From assembly GCF_018350175.1 (NCBI RefSeq), contig NC_058368.1, positions 136,588,001-136,652,000 on the forward strand: 64,000 nt of DNA, written 5' to 3'. The position numbers and the translations under genes are program-made. Under the pieces are notes generated by a model. It did not search any database. It worked only from the letters and a program-made list of their open reading frames with translations, and was not told where the DNA came from. This DNA comes from Felis catus (lineage: Eukaryota). Shown piece after piece: positions 1 through 12,367 of the stretch. Numbering within the stretch: position 1 is the first letter of the stretch; each line of letters starts with the position of its first letter.

Positions 1-1
1 T

Positions 2-2254
2 TTGTCTTTCTGTTGCTTCATTGTTAGTGTATAAGAATGCAACTGATTTCTGTACATTGATTTTGTATCCTGCAACTTTGCTGAATTCATGTATCAGTTC
101 TAGCAGACTTTTGGTGGAGTCTATCGGATTTTCCATGTATAATATCATGTCATCTGCAAAAAGCGAAAGCTTGACTTCATCTTTGCCAATTTTGATGCCT
201 TTGATTTCCTTTTGTTGTCTGATTGCTGATGCTAGAACTTCCAGCACTATGTTAAACAGCAGAGGTGAGAGTGGGCATCCCTGTCGTGTTCCTGATCTCA
301 GGGAAAAAGCTCTCAGTTTTTCCCCGTTGAGGATGATGTTAGCTGTGGGCTTTTCATAAATGGCTTTTATGATCTTTAAGTATGTTCCTTCTATCCCGAC
401 TTTCTCAAGGGTTTTTATTAAGAAAGGGTGCTGGATTTTGTCAAAGGCCTTTTCTGCATCGATTGACAGGATCATATGGTTCTTCTCTTTTGTTTTGTTA
501 ATGTGATGTATCACGTTGATTGATTTGCGAATGTTGAACCAGCCCTGCATCCCAAGAATGAATCCCACTTGATCATGGTGAATAATTCTTTTTATATGCC
601 GTTGAATTCGATTTGCTAGTATCTTATTGAGAATTTTTGCATCCATATTCATCAGGGATATTGGCCTGTAGTTCTCTTTTTTTATTGGGTCTCTGTCTGG
701 TTTAGGAATCAAAGCAATACTGGCTTCATAGAATGAGTCTGGAAGTTTTCCTTCCCTTTCTATTTCTTGGAATAGCTTGAGAAGGATAGGTATTATCTCT
801 GCTTTAAACGTCTGGTAGAACTCCCCTGGGAAGCCATCTGGTCCTGGACTCTTATTTGTTGGGAGATTTTTGATAACCGATTCAATTTCTTCGCTGGTTA
901 TGGGTCGGTTCAAGCTTTCTATTTCCTCCTGATTGAGTTTTGGAAGAGTGTGGGTGTTCAGGAATTTGTCCATTTCTTCCAGGTTGTCCAATTTGTTGGC
1001 ATATAATTTTTCATAGTATTCCCTGATAATTGTTTGTATCTCTGAGGGATTGGTTGTAATAATTCCATTTTCATTCATGATTTTATCTATTTGGGTCATC
1101 TCCCTTTTCTTTTTGAGAAGCCTGGCTAGAGGTTTGTCAATTTTGTTTATTTTTTCAAAAAACCAACTCTTTGTTTCGTTGATCTGCTCTACAGTTTTTT
1201 TAGATTCTATATTGTTTATTTCTGCTCTGATCTTTATTATTTCTCTTCTTCTGCTGGGTTTAGGCTGCCTTTGCTGTTCTGCTTCTAGTTCCTTTAGGTG
1301 TGCTGTTAGATTTTGTATTTGGGATTTTTCTTGTTTCTTGAGATAGGCCTGGATTGCAATGTATTTTCCTCTCAGGACTGCCTTCGCTGCGTCCCACAGC
1401 GTTTGGATTGTTGTATTTTCATTTTTGTTTGTTTCCATATATTTTTTAATTTCTTCTCTAATTGCCTGGTTGACCCACTCATTCGTTAGTAGGGAGTTCT
1501 TTAACCTCCATGCTTTTGGAGGTTTTCCAGACTTTTTTCTGTGGTTGATTTCAAGCTTCATAGCATTGTGGTCTGAAAGTATGCATGGTATAATTTCAAT
1601 TCTTGTAAACTTATGAAGGGCTGTTTTGTGACCCAGTATATGATCTATCTTGGAGAATGTTCCATGTGCACTCGAGAAGAAAGTATATTCTGTTGCTTTG
1701 GGATGTAGAGTTCTAAATATATCTGTCAAGTCCATCTGATCCAATGTCTCATTCAGGGCTCTTGTTTCTTTATTGACTGTGTGTCTAGATGATCTATCCA
1801 TTTCTGTAAGTGGGGTGTTAAAGTCCCCTGCAATTACCACATTCTTATCAATAAGGTTGCTTATGTTTATGAGTAATTGTTTTATATATTTGGGGGCTCC
1901 GGTATTCAGCGCATAGACATTTATAATTGTTAGCTCTTCCTGATGGATAGACCCTGTAACTATTATATAATGTCCTTCTTCATCTCTTGTTACAGCCTTT
2001 AATTTAAAGTCTAGTTTGTCTGATATAAGTATGGCTACTCCAGCTTTCTTTTGGCTTCCAGTCGCATGATAAATAGTTCTCCATCCCCTCACTCTCAATC
2101 TAAAGGTGTCCTCAGGTCTAAAATGAGTCTCTTGTAGACAGCAAATAGATGGGTCTTGTTTTATTATCCATTCTGATACCCTATGTCTTTTGGTTGGCGC
2201 ATTTAATCCATTTACATTCAGTATTATTATAGAAAGATACGGGTTTAGAGTCAT
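2..2254 (-). CDS. L1 ORF2p (APE endonuclease + reverse transcriptase), partial, truncated by the window edge
   Basis: The ATG at 2254 gives [44 protein letters not shown]. The RT motif FADD at 160-149 is in the same frame. The ORF track shows no stop-terminated minus-strand ORF here, which is consistent with an open frame to the edge. Confidence 0.9.
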   Translation of the reverse strand, partial: MTLNPYLSIIILNVNGLNAPTKRHRVSEWIIKQDPSICCLQETHFRPEDTFRLRVRGWRTIYHATGSQKKAGVAILISDKLDFKLKAVTRDEEGHYIIVTGSIHQEELTIINVYALNTGAPKYIKQLLINISNLIDKNVVIAGDFNTPLTEMDRSSRHTVNKETRALNETLDQMDLTDIFRTLHPKATEYTFFSSAHGTFSKIDHILGHKTALHKFTRIEIIPCILSDHNAMKLEINHRKKSGKPPKAWRLKNSLLTNEWVNQAIREEIKKYMETNKNENTTIQTLWDAAKAVLRGKYIAIQAYLKKQEKSQIQNLTAHLKELEAEQQRQPKPSRRREIIKIRAEINNIESKKTVEQINETKSWFFEKINKIDKPLARLLKKKREMTQIDKIMNENGIITTNPSEIQTIIREYYEKLYANKLDNLEEMDKFLNTHTLPKLNQEEIESLNRPITSEEIESVIKNLPTNKSPGPDGFPGEFYQTFKAEIIPILLKLFQEIEREGKLPDSFYEASIALIPKPDRDPIKKENYRPISLMNMDAKILNKILANRIQRHIKRIIHHDQVGFILGMQGWFNIRKSINVIHHINKTKEKNHMILSIDAEKAFDKIQHPFLIKTLEKVGIEGTYLKIIKAIYEKPTANIILNGEKLRAFSLRSGTRQGCPLSPLLFNIVLEVLASAIRQQKEIKGIKIGKDEVKLSLFADDMILYMENPIDSTKSLLELIHEFSKVAGYKINVQKSVAFLYTNNEATERQ

Positions 2255-2304
2255 TGTGATGTCTGTATGTTTTATGCTTGTAGTGATGTCTCTGGGACTT
2301 TGTC

Positions 2305-3199
2305 TCACAGGGTCCCCCTTAGGATCTCTTGTAGGGCTGGTTTAGTGGTGACAAATTCCTTCAGTTTTTGTTTGTTTGGGAAGACCTTTATCTCTCCTTC
2401 TATTCTAAATGACAGACTTGCTGGATAAAGGATTCTCAGCTGCATATTTTTTCTGTCTAGCACCCTGAAAATCTCGTGCCAATTCTTTCCGGCCTGCTAA
2501 GTTTCAAAAGAGAGATCAGTCACGAATCTTATAGGTCTCCCTTTATATGTGAGGGCACGTTTACCCCTTGCTGCTTTCAGGATTTTCTCTTTATCCTTGT
2601 ATTTTGCCAGTTTCACTATGATATGTCGTGCAGAAGATCGGTTCAAGTTACGTCTGAAGGGAGTTCTCTGTGCCTCTTGGATTTCAATGCCTTTTTCCTT
2701 CCCCAGTTCAGGGAAGTTCTCAGCTATTATTTCTTCAAGTACCCCTTCAGCACCTTTCCCTCTCTCTTCCTCCTCTGGGATACCAATTATGCGTATATTA
2801 TTTTTTTTTAGTGTATCACTTAGTTCTCTAATTTTCCCCTCATACTCCTGGATTTTTTTTATCTCTCTTTTTCTCGGCTTCCTCTTTTTCCATAACTTTA
2901 TCTTCTAGTTCACCTATTCTCTCCTCTGCCTCTTCAATCCGAGCTGTGGTGGTTTCCATTTTGTTTTGCATTTCATTTAAAGCGTTTTTCAGCTCCTCGT
3001 GACTGTTCCTTAGTCCCTTGATCTCTGTAGCAAGAGATTCTCTGCTGTCCTGTATACTGTTTTCAAGCCCAGCGATTAATTTTATGACTATTATTCTAAA
3101 TTCACTTTCTGTTATATTATTTAAATCCTTTTTGATCAGCTCATTAGCTGTTGTTATTTCCTGGAGATTCTTCTGAGGGGAATTCTTCCGCTTGGTCAT
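2305..3199 (-). pseudogene. L1 ORF1p, disrupted
   Basis: ATG at 3199, followed by a coiled-coil region (...ARIEEAEERIGELEDK...). There is a +1 frameshift in the A8 run at ~2853-2860 and an in-frame TAG at 2499-2497 (ET*QA, expected W). The native end ...[12 protein letters not shown] has its TGA at 2307-2305. Confidence 0.9.
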
Positions 3200-3635
3200 T
3201 TTGGATAGTCCCTGGCATGGTGAGGACCTGCAGGGCACTTCCCCTGTGCTGTGGTGTATAACTGGAGTTGGTGGGCGGGGCCGCAGTCAGACTGGTGTGT
3301 GCCTTCTCTTCCCCTCTCCTAGGGGCAGGATTCACTGTGGGGTGGCGTGGCCCGTCTGGGCTACTTGCACACTGCCAGGCTTGTGATGCTGGGGATCTGG
3401 CGTATTAGCTGGGGTGGGTAGGCAAGGTGCACAGGGGCAGGAGGGGAAGACTTAGCTCGCTTCTCCTTAGGTGATCCACTTCAGGAGGGGCCCCTCTTCC
3501 ATGGGCCTCTCGTCTGTGCTTGGCTCTGGCGACTCCGTTCTGCTAATCCTCTGGCGGTTTTCTGGGTTATTTAGGCAAGTGTAGGTGGAATCTAAGTGAT
3601 CAGCAGGACGCGCGGTGAGCCCAGCGTCCTCCTAT

Positions 3636-3647
3636 GCCGCCATCTTC
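3636..3647 (-). promoter_or_regulatory. YY1-type motif at the L1 5' end (internal Pol II promoter start)
   Basis: GAAGATGGCGGC on the minus strand matches the YY1 core AAGATGGCG typical of mammalian L1 5' termini. Confidence 0.7.
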
Positions 3648-3804
3648 TATTTCTCAACAATGTCATTTCTTTTCTCACTTCTGAGCCCATCTGGTCTTCA
3701 AATGCTTCCAATTTCCCAAATTTCTCCATTTTTGGGGAGCGGCGAGGTCTTCAGGGAAGCTATTTCCTCACGTGTATTGTTTGTAAAGTACCTGTTTCCA
3801 ATTA

Positions 3805-3900
3805 TTTTTTTTTTAATTTTTTTTTCAACGTTTATTTATTTTTGGGACAGAGAGAGAGCATGAACGGGGGAGGGGCAGAGAGAGAGGGAGACACAGAATT
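3805..3900 (-). mobile_element. 5'-truncated SINEC_Fc-type Can-SINE
   Basis: Only the tail and CT-rich body remain. TSD tacctgtttccaatta at 3789-3804 and 3901-3916. Confidence 0.93.
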
Positions 3901-5179
3901 TACCTGTTTCCAATTATTAACTGGAGTAGCCCAAGTCCATGCACTCCTGATATGTGGCTATTGTCCCAGCATAATTATTAAAAGCCCCCTCATAGATGTC
4001 CCATTTTGTGTGGTAAACTATATGATGACCCTATTTATAAGGCAAGGGCTACTTACATTTTAGTGTAGGAGGATAATAATTTTGCCTAGATGATCTCAAA
4101 TTCCTCTGTAAGGTATGGAAGAGTATCCCACATACCCCAAACTCCCTCAGCTTGAACTTGTTTGGGTTGAGTTGAGAACTTTCTGAGATGCAGGTCTGAG
4201 ATAGCCTTGAGTCCTCATTAACAAGATGGGGGCCTGGAGTGTTGTTCAAATGTACTCCCTCTAAGCTGCCACTCTGTTCAAGTTAGATAAGCAGGTGTGG
4301 TAGAGCCTTATCTTCCCATGGGTAAGAAGAAAAGTAGAGATACAGAGAGAAATGCTCTTTATGACTGGAAATGCCTCCTCCATCTGTTTGCAATATGAAG
4401 GAAGGGAAAAGGAAAAAAAAAAGATGAAGAGATTGATTTAAAGCCATCAATGACTCCAGCGTCCTGTCTCTCCCTAGTCCCCAGGTACTCATCTCAGTGA
4501 GAGAGGTTTTGATAGGAAGCCTGTTCTGGAAGAGACGCTGGTCCCAGAGCTGGTACAGAGCTCCTGTGACGTGGCAGTTTCTATAGAGACGAGTCTCTTT
4601 CCTAGGAAAGCTCCGTAGGCAGGATACACAAAACCCTAGCAACCAGTTGAAGGCTTTTTTTTTTTAATATGATTTTCTGTACTTGAATTCAAAAGGCCCT
4701 CCCTTCCCTGGAAAGGCAGCTTTGTGGCAAGCAGGAAAGGGTGGGCTAGTTTTCCTGGGGGCTAAGAGTGTGAAAATAGATTCAAAGACTGTAGGTGAAC
4801 TAGGATAGGGAAAGGGAGGAAAAGAGATTGCTTCTTACAAAGCCAGGGTGGCTGACTTCAGCCTGAATTCATCTCCCAGCCTGCCCTATGGGAGCCTATC
4901 ACCACTGCCATGAATCCATGAAATAATACCCTTAGGGACAAAGTAAAACTGCAACTGCCTTAGCAACCTCACCGTTGTCTTCCCTTTCACCTGCCAATTC
5001 CAGGCATTTTTAGCAGGGAGAAGTCAAATGCTTAGAGGGTACAAATCAGAGAGAGGCACTCAGGGGAGCCTGCTTACTTGGCATTAAGTAAACGCTCCAC
5101 TCAGCTGACTTTCAGTTCCTGCTCTTCCCGTCAAATCAGCACAAACATCACTTCTTAAGGAAAGTCTTCTTTCTTAATA

Positions 5180-5600
5180 AAAGATTGCATTTGGCTACTT
5201 GTAAGGAAACCCAACCAAGACGTTGGACCAAATAGAGGTTATTTTTCACCTAAGAAGAAATCCAGAAGTGGAGCCTGCCAGCTGTCATTCATGCCCTGGC
5301 TCCCTTTGTCTCTCTGCCTGGCCAGTCTTGGAACGTTTCATCCCCATGGTTCCTCTGTGGTCAAAGATGGCTGTTCTACCTCCAATCATCATTCCAGTTA
5401 GGATGAAGAAGTAGCAAAATGGATGAGGAAGGGGTGGTGCCCATATCAAGAAGCAAGACCTTTCCCAGCAGATTTCTAGTTCTGCCTCTCTGAGCAGAAT
5501 TGGATCACGTGGCTATGCGGGGGATATGCAGGGTTGTTTGTTTGTTTGTTTTAATTTTTAATTAGCTGAGCAAATTGCTACCACAGTGACTGTGTTTTAA
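5180..5600. mobile_element. Ancient LTR remnant (LTR33/MaLR-like)
   Basis: Degenerate motifs such as gtggtcaaagatggctg and ggatcacgtggcta. A similar sequence occurs at ~39700-40190. Confidence 0.4.
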
Positions 5601-5717
5601 GAGCAAAGCTCAGAATAAGTATGGACGAACAGCTAGTGGCATATACTATACCTTCCCTGATCATCTCTCCACATCTACTACCTCCAGGTTAGATTATTTC
5701 TCCCTGCACCACATGTA

Positions 5718-5945
5718 ATGGCATGCTGAAAAATGTTTACCAACCAACACTCTGGAGCAAGAAAGGGCACTAATTTGTAAAATTTGCTGATTTCTGTGAC
5801 ATAAATACCTCCATTATGGTCAATTTCAAGCTACCAACATGATGTCACTGAATATAGACTTGGGTAGAGATACACAGCAATGCGTTTTTCTATCTAGTAC
5901 TGCATATACAAAAGACAAATAATCTCAAGAGCATAGATAATATTG
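5718..5945. mobile_element. MER63-like hAT-Blackjack DNA transposon fossil
   Basis: aatttcaagctaccaacatgatgtcactgaa...ttgggtagagat matches my recollection of the MER63 core. Confidence 0.65.
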
Positions 5946-7149
5946 AAATAATTTATATAATATATATATAATTTATTATTTTAAATGTCTCTGTTCTACA
6001 GAATGTGTTAGAAATCGAGGAGGATGGCAGAGCTTTCTTAGCTTAGAGAGCTCAGCCCCACAAATCTTAGCTTTACATTTAGTTCATGGCCCATGGGACA
6101 TCTTTTAGAAGATTAACATCTGGTTGCCATTCTGACCTAAGTCAAGCGTTGCTCATACTTTAGGAGCCTACTGCTTCAGTCTCTCACACTCAGGCAGGAA
6201 TGAGACTGGGAAAACTGGTACCCCTGCCCCCAACTCTTTGGAGACAGTGTAGCGTAGAGATGAAGTAAAGAAGGAAAATGGAGGATGGAGTAAAATATTA
6301 CTGAACTGTCTTAGTATGCATAGCTGGTACCACAGCTGGAGAAAGGAGAAGCTAGAATGTCTTCTGCATGTATCTCTGTATTGGGAACTGACCTTGTGCC
6401 TCTGGCCACTCTCAAGTTTTATGAGTCCTGAATTCAGTCAATTAACTTGAAAGCTGTTTTTCATTTTCTGCTGTTAAAGCCAAATTCCATGAGGGATGGG
6501 TTTTAGGGTTTACTGCCTGTACCACATTAACGAGTTTTCTCTTCTAAAATGAGATGCAAATGTTGCCAACTAGACAGAGGATGAGGCTACCCATGATGCT
6601 GCCTTCTGGGCTATTCACTGTAGACTGGACCATTTTGGATGCGCTCAGTAAAGCTTAAAGAAAGTATAGCATATTACAATGCTCACCTAAGATGGTGAGC
6701 AAGATTATTTTCTTTGTGAAACCAAGAGCAAGATGTAACCAGAAACCTCATTTTCTGGCTGTGAGGAAACTCGATTTATCAAAATGACATCAGGCAGAGT
6801 CTGTGACTTGATTTATTAAAAACAATTATTCTTGGACTCTTTCAGTGATCGGAACACTCTAAAAAGAAGTACAAACTTCGTTCCAGGTCCTGAGGTACGT
6901 AGAGCAAATGAGGTTCACATTTATTGTGAAGGGACCATTATCCATGCCTGGGGTTCTAGCTTGCATGGATACTTCTAGGTAACCGCTATTGGACAGCTTA
7001 AAGAGCCTAAGGAAGTGTACGATACTTGGTTTTTGCAGGCTAACAGACAATACTGTCCCTGTAGTGGCACAAACCTGAACTGCAGGCCTTAGAAAGACCA
7101 ATCAGCAAAGGGAAGGAGCTATGTCATGCAAATTCAAATATTATAATAA

Positions 7150-7350
7150 CTTATATTTTTATAGCACTTACAATTTTAAAAGTTCTTTCACATTCACTCT
7201 CTCTTTTGACTCTCACAACCCATCTGTGAAAAAAAGGCTGGCATTTCATTTTACAGATGAAGTTATAAAGATAAGCTATTTATTCAAAATCATAAAGCTA
7301 TCAATGGGCTCAGGTCTCCTGACTTTAAAGTTAAGCCTCTTTCTACTACA
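7150..7350 (-). mobile_element. MIR SINE
   Basis: MIR core cattttacagatgaag and tctcacaacccatctgtga. Confidence 0.6.
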
Positions 7351-7699
7351 TTGTACTTTTTTCCTCTTCAGGGCATCAAAATGAACTTGCTCTTTGTGCT
7401 ATCCAGGTCTGAAAAGTAACCACAATGTGAAAATGAATACTACTGTCTTTTGTCCAGTCCCTATATTGCCCCTGCCCTATGTAACAGTTCAGAAAACAGT
7501 GGCTTTACAGGGAAGTGCTTTAACCTTAAGAGATAAACAGTGAGAAAAAAAAAAAGAGATAAATAGTGAAAATCTCAGGTACTACTGAAAGCAAGTAGAG
7601 GAGCGCTTTCCAACTTTAGTGCTCAAACTTCGGTAGCAGCTTCCTATTTTTCTCCTGACCAGTACTGGAGTTGGAAGGAATCTAAAGTTCCAAACTCCT

Positions 7700-9503
7700 A
7701 TAACTGTACCAAAAAGAATAAAATACCTAGGAATTAAACTTACCCAAGGAGGTGAAAAACCTGTACTATGAAAACTACAAAACACTGATGAAAGAAATTG
7801 AAGATGACACAAATAAATGGAAAGGGAGACTATAGTAGTGGGTTGGAAGAATTAATATTATGAAAATGTCCATACTACCCAAAGCAGTTTACAGATTCAA
7901 TGTAATTCTTATCAAAATACCAACAGTATTTTTCACAGAACTAGAACAAATAATACCAAAATTTGTATGGAACCAAAGAAGACCCTGAATAGCCAAAAAA
8001 TGATCTTGAGAAAGAACAAAACTACAGCTATGACAATCCCAGATCTCGAGATATATTACAAAGCAACAGTAACCAAAACAGTTTGGTACTAGCACAAAAA
8101 CAGACACATGGCTCAATGGAATCGAAAGCCCAAACATAAGCCCATGCTTATATGGTCAATTAACGTACAACAAGGAGGCAAGAATATACAGTGGGGAAAA
8201 GAATTTCTTCAACAAATGGTGTTGGGAAAACCAGACAGCTACATGCCAAAGAATGAAACTGGACTCCACTTTCTTACACCATACACAAAAATAAACTTAA
8301 AATGGATGAAAGAACCAAACGTGAGATTTGAAACCATGAAACTTTTTTTTTTTAGTTTTTTTTTCAACGTTTATTTATTTTTGGGACAGAGAGAGACAGA
8401 GCATGAGCGGGGGAGGGGCAGAGAGAGAGGGAGACACAGAATCGGAAACAGGCTCCAGGCCCAGAGCCTGACACAGGGTTCGAACTCACGGACCGCGAGA
8501 TCGTGACCTGGCTGAAGTCGGATGCTTAACCGACTGCGCCACCCAGGCTCCCCGTAACCATGAAACTTCTAAAAAGTGAGACAGTAATCGCTTTGGCATA
8601 CACCTTAGCAATATTTTTCTAGATATGTCTTCTCATGCAATTGAAACAAAAGAAGAAAATAAACTACTGGGAAATCTGCACAGTGAAGGAAACCATCAAT
8701 AAAATGAAAAGATAAACTAGTGAATGGGAGAAGTTATTTGCAAAGGACATATCTAATAAGGGATTTATATCCAAAATATATAAAGAACTTCTATCACTCA
8801 ACCCAAAAAAACAAACAATCCAGTTACAAAATGGGCAGAGGATCTGAATAGACATTTCTTCAAAGAAAACACAGAGCTGGACAACAGACACACTAATCAT
8901 CAGGGAAATGTAAATCAAAACCAAAACGGGATATTACCTCACACCTGTCAGAAAGGCTAAAATAAAAAAAATACAAGAAACAGCAAGTGTCAAAAAGGAT
9001 GTGAAGAAAAGAAAATGTTCATGCACTGTTGGTGGGAATGAAAACTGGTGCAGCCACTGTGGAAAAGAGTATTGAGGTTCCTCAAAAAACTTAAAACAGA
9101 TACCATCCAGGAATTCCACTAGTGGGTATTTACCCAAAGAAAACAAAAACACTAATTTGAAAAGATATATGCACCCCTATGTTTATTACAGCATTATTTA
9201 CAACAGCCAAGATATGGAAGCAACCTATGTGTCCATCAACAGACAAATGGATAAAGAAAATGTGATACGTGCACACACACACACACACACACACACATAC
9301 AGACACACTGGAATATTAGTCATAAAAAAGAATGAGATCTTGCCATTTGTGACAACATGGATGGACCTAGAGGGTATTATGCTTAGTGAAATAAGTCACA
9401 GAAAGACAAATACATTGTGATTTCACTTATATGTAGAATCTTAAAAACAAAACAAGCAAACCAAAAAAAAAAAAAAAAAAAAAAAAAAAGCAGACACAGA
9501 CCT
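7700..9503 (+). mobile_element. Older carnivore L1 fragment (decayed ORF2 3' part plus partial 3'UTR)
   Basis: aaaatacctaggaattaaac, aaatgtccatactacccaaagc and ggatggacctagagggtattatgct. Contains a (CA)n at ~9272-9297 and an A-run at 9463-9489. Confidence 0.92.
8345..8553 (-). mobile_element. SINEC_Fc-type SINE nested in L1
   Basis: Can-SINE body. TSD aaccatgaaactt at 8332-8344 and 8556-8568. Confidence 0.95.
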
Positions 9504-11912
9504 AAAGAATTTGTTTGCTACATTCCACTGCCCTAAAAGAAAAACTATGAATGTTAAGTATCCCCCCTACAGGCACATGTACACATCCGTATCACAGGCA
9601 CACATAACACACATACCAATAGGCTCGTTTCTAATGGATAATCATCTCCTGTACTTTTTGCCACAGGCCTTGTCTTTCCCATGACATAGAACAGAGTGGA
9701 GGAGAAAGTAACCAAACAGAAACCTCGGCTCTTTCTGCATGGATTCATCTAGTGCTTAGGGCTGTACCACCAAGGGCCTGCCACGTTTATTAGGGCCCAT
9801 GCACCAGCTACTGCCCAGCAGAGAGCAGGTACCAGAGTGGGAGGGCCTAGCCATCTCCCTGGAAGGGGAATCTCTCCTTACCATGCAACTTCTCTTGTTT
9901 GTATATGCACAACTTTGGATGCAATCGCGTTTACAAGTAATTAGATGCTTTTCAACATCAAGCTGCCGAGCTACAGATTTCCAGAAAAGACTCTGGGTAA
10001 AACCGTGCAGCCTGTCCTCAGCCTGGCCCCCTGATTCTGCAGGAAAACACTCAAAGGAGAGAGGAGAGAGCCTGGGCAGCCCTGCATCCGAAGACTCAGT
10101 TATTGGAGTAGTGCCCACCTTGCCAAGGCTACTGCCAGGGCTAACCCAGGGAGATGGAAGCATTGTACATATGTGGTGGGAGGGGGTGCTTCCAATACTC
10201 TGGTCTGACTTCTATTCCTTGAATCTATCATTCATATATATCCCAGGACCAGCCCATAAGGTATGTGCTTTGTGAAACACAAAAAGGATCAGAGCAAAGG
10301 TAGCTGAATTCTGAAGAGGAAAAGAGATATGAAAACACTTTAAAGGGAAAGAAAACTGTAGGCAGTGGCTTGAATGGAAAGAGACCAAGAGAAATAAATT
10401 ACTCCTTCAATTACCAGAGGTACTAAATGGATGGGCTTGTCCCTGCCGCAAGTCAGCAGGCAGCTAGTCAAGATAGAGACATCCACATCTGCCTGCAGTC
10501 CAGAACAGAGGTCTGGGGTTTAGTGTTTTGCTAGATAAGCAGGAGGGAAACCTTGAGAGCTTGCTTGATTTCATCAAATGCTTTTGCTTAAAGGCTTAAG
10601 AGCTGCCTGGGTTCTTTAACTCTCACCTCTACCAAACAGGTATGGTAGATGAGACGCACAAACATTCATGGGAATTTAAAGGGAGTATGAGAGCTGTGAT
10701 TCTAAAGTCCCAACCCATCAGGCATCAGGGCTGCTGCTTACCAATGTCTTGAAGACACTGAGTGTACACATGAGTCCCATGGTACAAGCTGACAGACTTG
10801 GGAACCACCGGCTGATGTTAAAAATAACAGTGCTTCGGGTGCAATCACTGTCTACTAGGAACTGCAAAAGGACAAACACATCTCTGAAATTCATGCTGAC
10901 CCAGGGATGGTGCCCCAGGTAGGCCTAGCAAGAAGGGAAGGGATGAAGAACAACCAACAGGCCCGAGATAAAATGACCTTGTGGCCTGACTCTGAACACC
11001 CCAGCCCCCATCAGGTTCCTGGGTTTGGGCTGATGGTTAAGCTCTTCCAAGGAAGATAAAGATCCTTCTGAGTAAGAGGCCAGCTTGTGGGAGGTGCAGA
11101 AAGAATCTGTCCCCCATTTAGGACCCCCAACACGTACTCTGAGTAGGGACCAGAGCACAGAGGCATACTTGGATGAGGGCAAAACCTTGGCTGGATCACG
11201 ACTCAGACAACAAAATAAGAGGGAGCCCTGAGGGTCTCAACTGAGACAACAGGATCTTTTCTTTGTGCCTAGTTACCTCTTTATTCCAAAGCACAGTATT
11301 TCTGTCCAGAAAATAGAATCTGAAAAAATGACCTTTAATGAAGACCATGAGATTGGAATACAGCTGTGGATTCCCAAGCCTATCCTCCTCATTTTATAGT
11401 TGAGGAAATGGAGGTCACCTCCCCACAGTTAGTGGCACACTTAGGAGTAGAGCCTAGATTTTCTGATTTTCATGTTAGCCTCAGGACACTCCACCTTGCT
11501 ACCTCTACTTTGTGCCCCCTGCAGGAATTTCTAGCCAATCCACCAGTCTCTGTGAACTGAGAATTTTTTTTAATGAACTATTGTTTTTATATAATTTATT
11601 GTCAAGTAGCTAACATACAGTGTATACAGTGTGTTCTTGGCTTCAGGAGTAGATTCCCATGATTCATTGCTTACATACAACACCCAGTGCTCATCTAACA
11701 AGTGTCCTCCTCAATGCCCATCACCCATTTCCCACCACCCCCATCAGCCCTCAGTTTTTTCTCTGTATTTAAGAGTTTCTTATGGTTTGCCTCCCTCTCT
11801 GTTTGAAACTATTTTTTCTCCTTCCCTTCCCCATGGTCTTCTGTTAAGTTTCTCAAATTCCACATATGAGTGAAAACATATGATATCTGTCTTTCTCTGA
11901 CTGACTTATTTC

Positions 11913-12123
11913 TTTTTTTTTAAGTTTATTTATTTTTGAGACAGAGAGAGACAGAGCATGAAGGGGGGGGGGTCAGAGAGAGAGGGAGACACAGAATCAG
12001 AAGCAGGCTCCAGGCTCTGAGCCATCAGACCAGAGCCCGACGCGGGGCTCGAACTCACGGACCGCGAGATTGTGACCTGAGCTGAAGTCGGACGCTTAAC
12101 CGACTGAGCCACCCAGGCGCCCC
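11913..12123 (-). mobile_element. SINEC_Fc-type SINE nested in the L1 3'UTR
   Basis: TSD tgactgacttatttc at 11898-11912 and 12124-12138. Confidence 0.95.
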
Positions 12124-12299
12124 TGACTGACTTATTTCAATTATCATAATCCCCTCTAGTTCCATCCACCTTGTTGCAAATGGCGAGATTTCATTCTTTC
12201 TCAGTGCCAAGTATTATTCCATTGTATATATAAACCACATCTTCTGTGTCCATTCATCATTTGATGGATATTTAGGATCTTCCCATAATTTGGCTATTG

Positions 12300-12367
12300 T
12301 TGAAAGTGCTGCTATAAACATTGGGGTACAAGTTTGAAAGTGCTGCTATAAACATTGGGGTACAAGT
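12300..12367. repeat. Perfect 34-bp tandem duplication
   Basis: ttgaaagtgctgctataaacattggggtacaagt at 12300-12333 and 12334-12367. Confidence 0.95.

Larger units (their letters stand above)
1..3647 (-). mobile_element. Young felid LINE-1 (L1_Fc-like), 5' portion: 5'UTR, ORF1 and ORF2 running off the window start
   Basis: The minus strand begins GAAGATGGCGGCATAGGAGGACGCTGGGC. It continues through a GC/CpG-rich UTR into a recognisable ORF1 (MTKRKNSPQKNLQE...) and ORF2 (EN and RT motifs). Confidence 0.97.

Noticed and set aside
21..2908. Plus-strand ORFs of 85-119 aa
   Set aside because: They are antisense shadows of L1 ORF1/ORF2.
9756..10275. Overlapping 135-aa and 158-aa ORFs
   Set aside because: No recognisable domain or supported splice structure; the length is compatible with chance.
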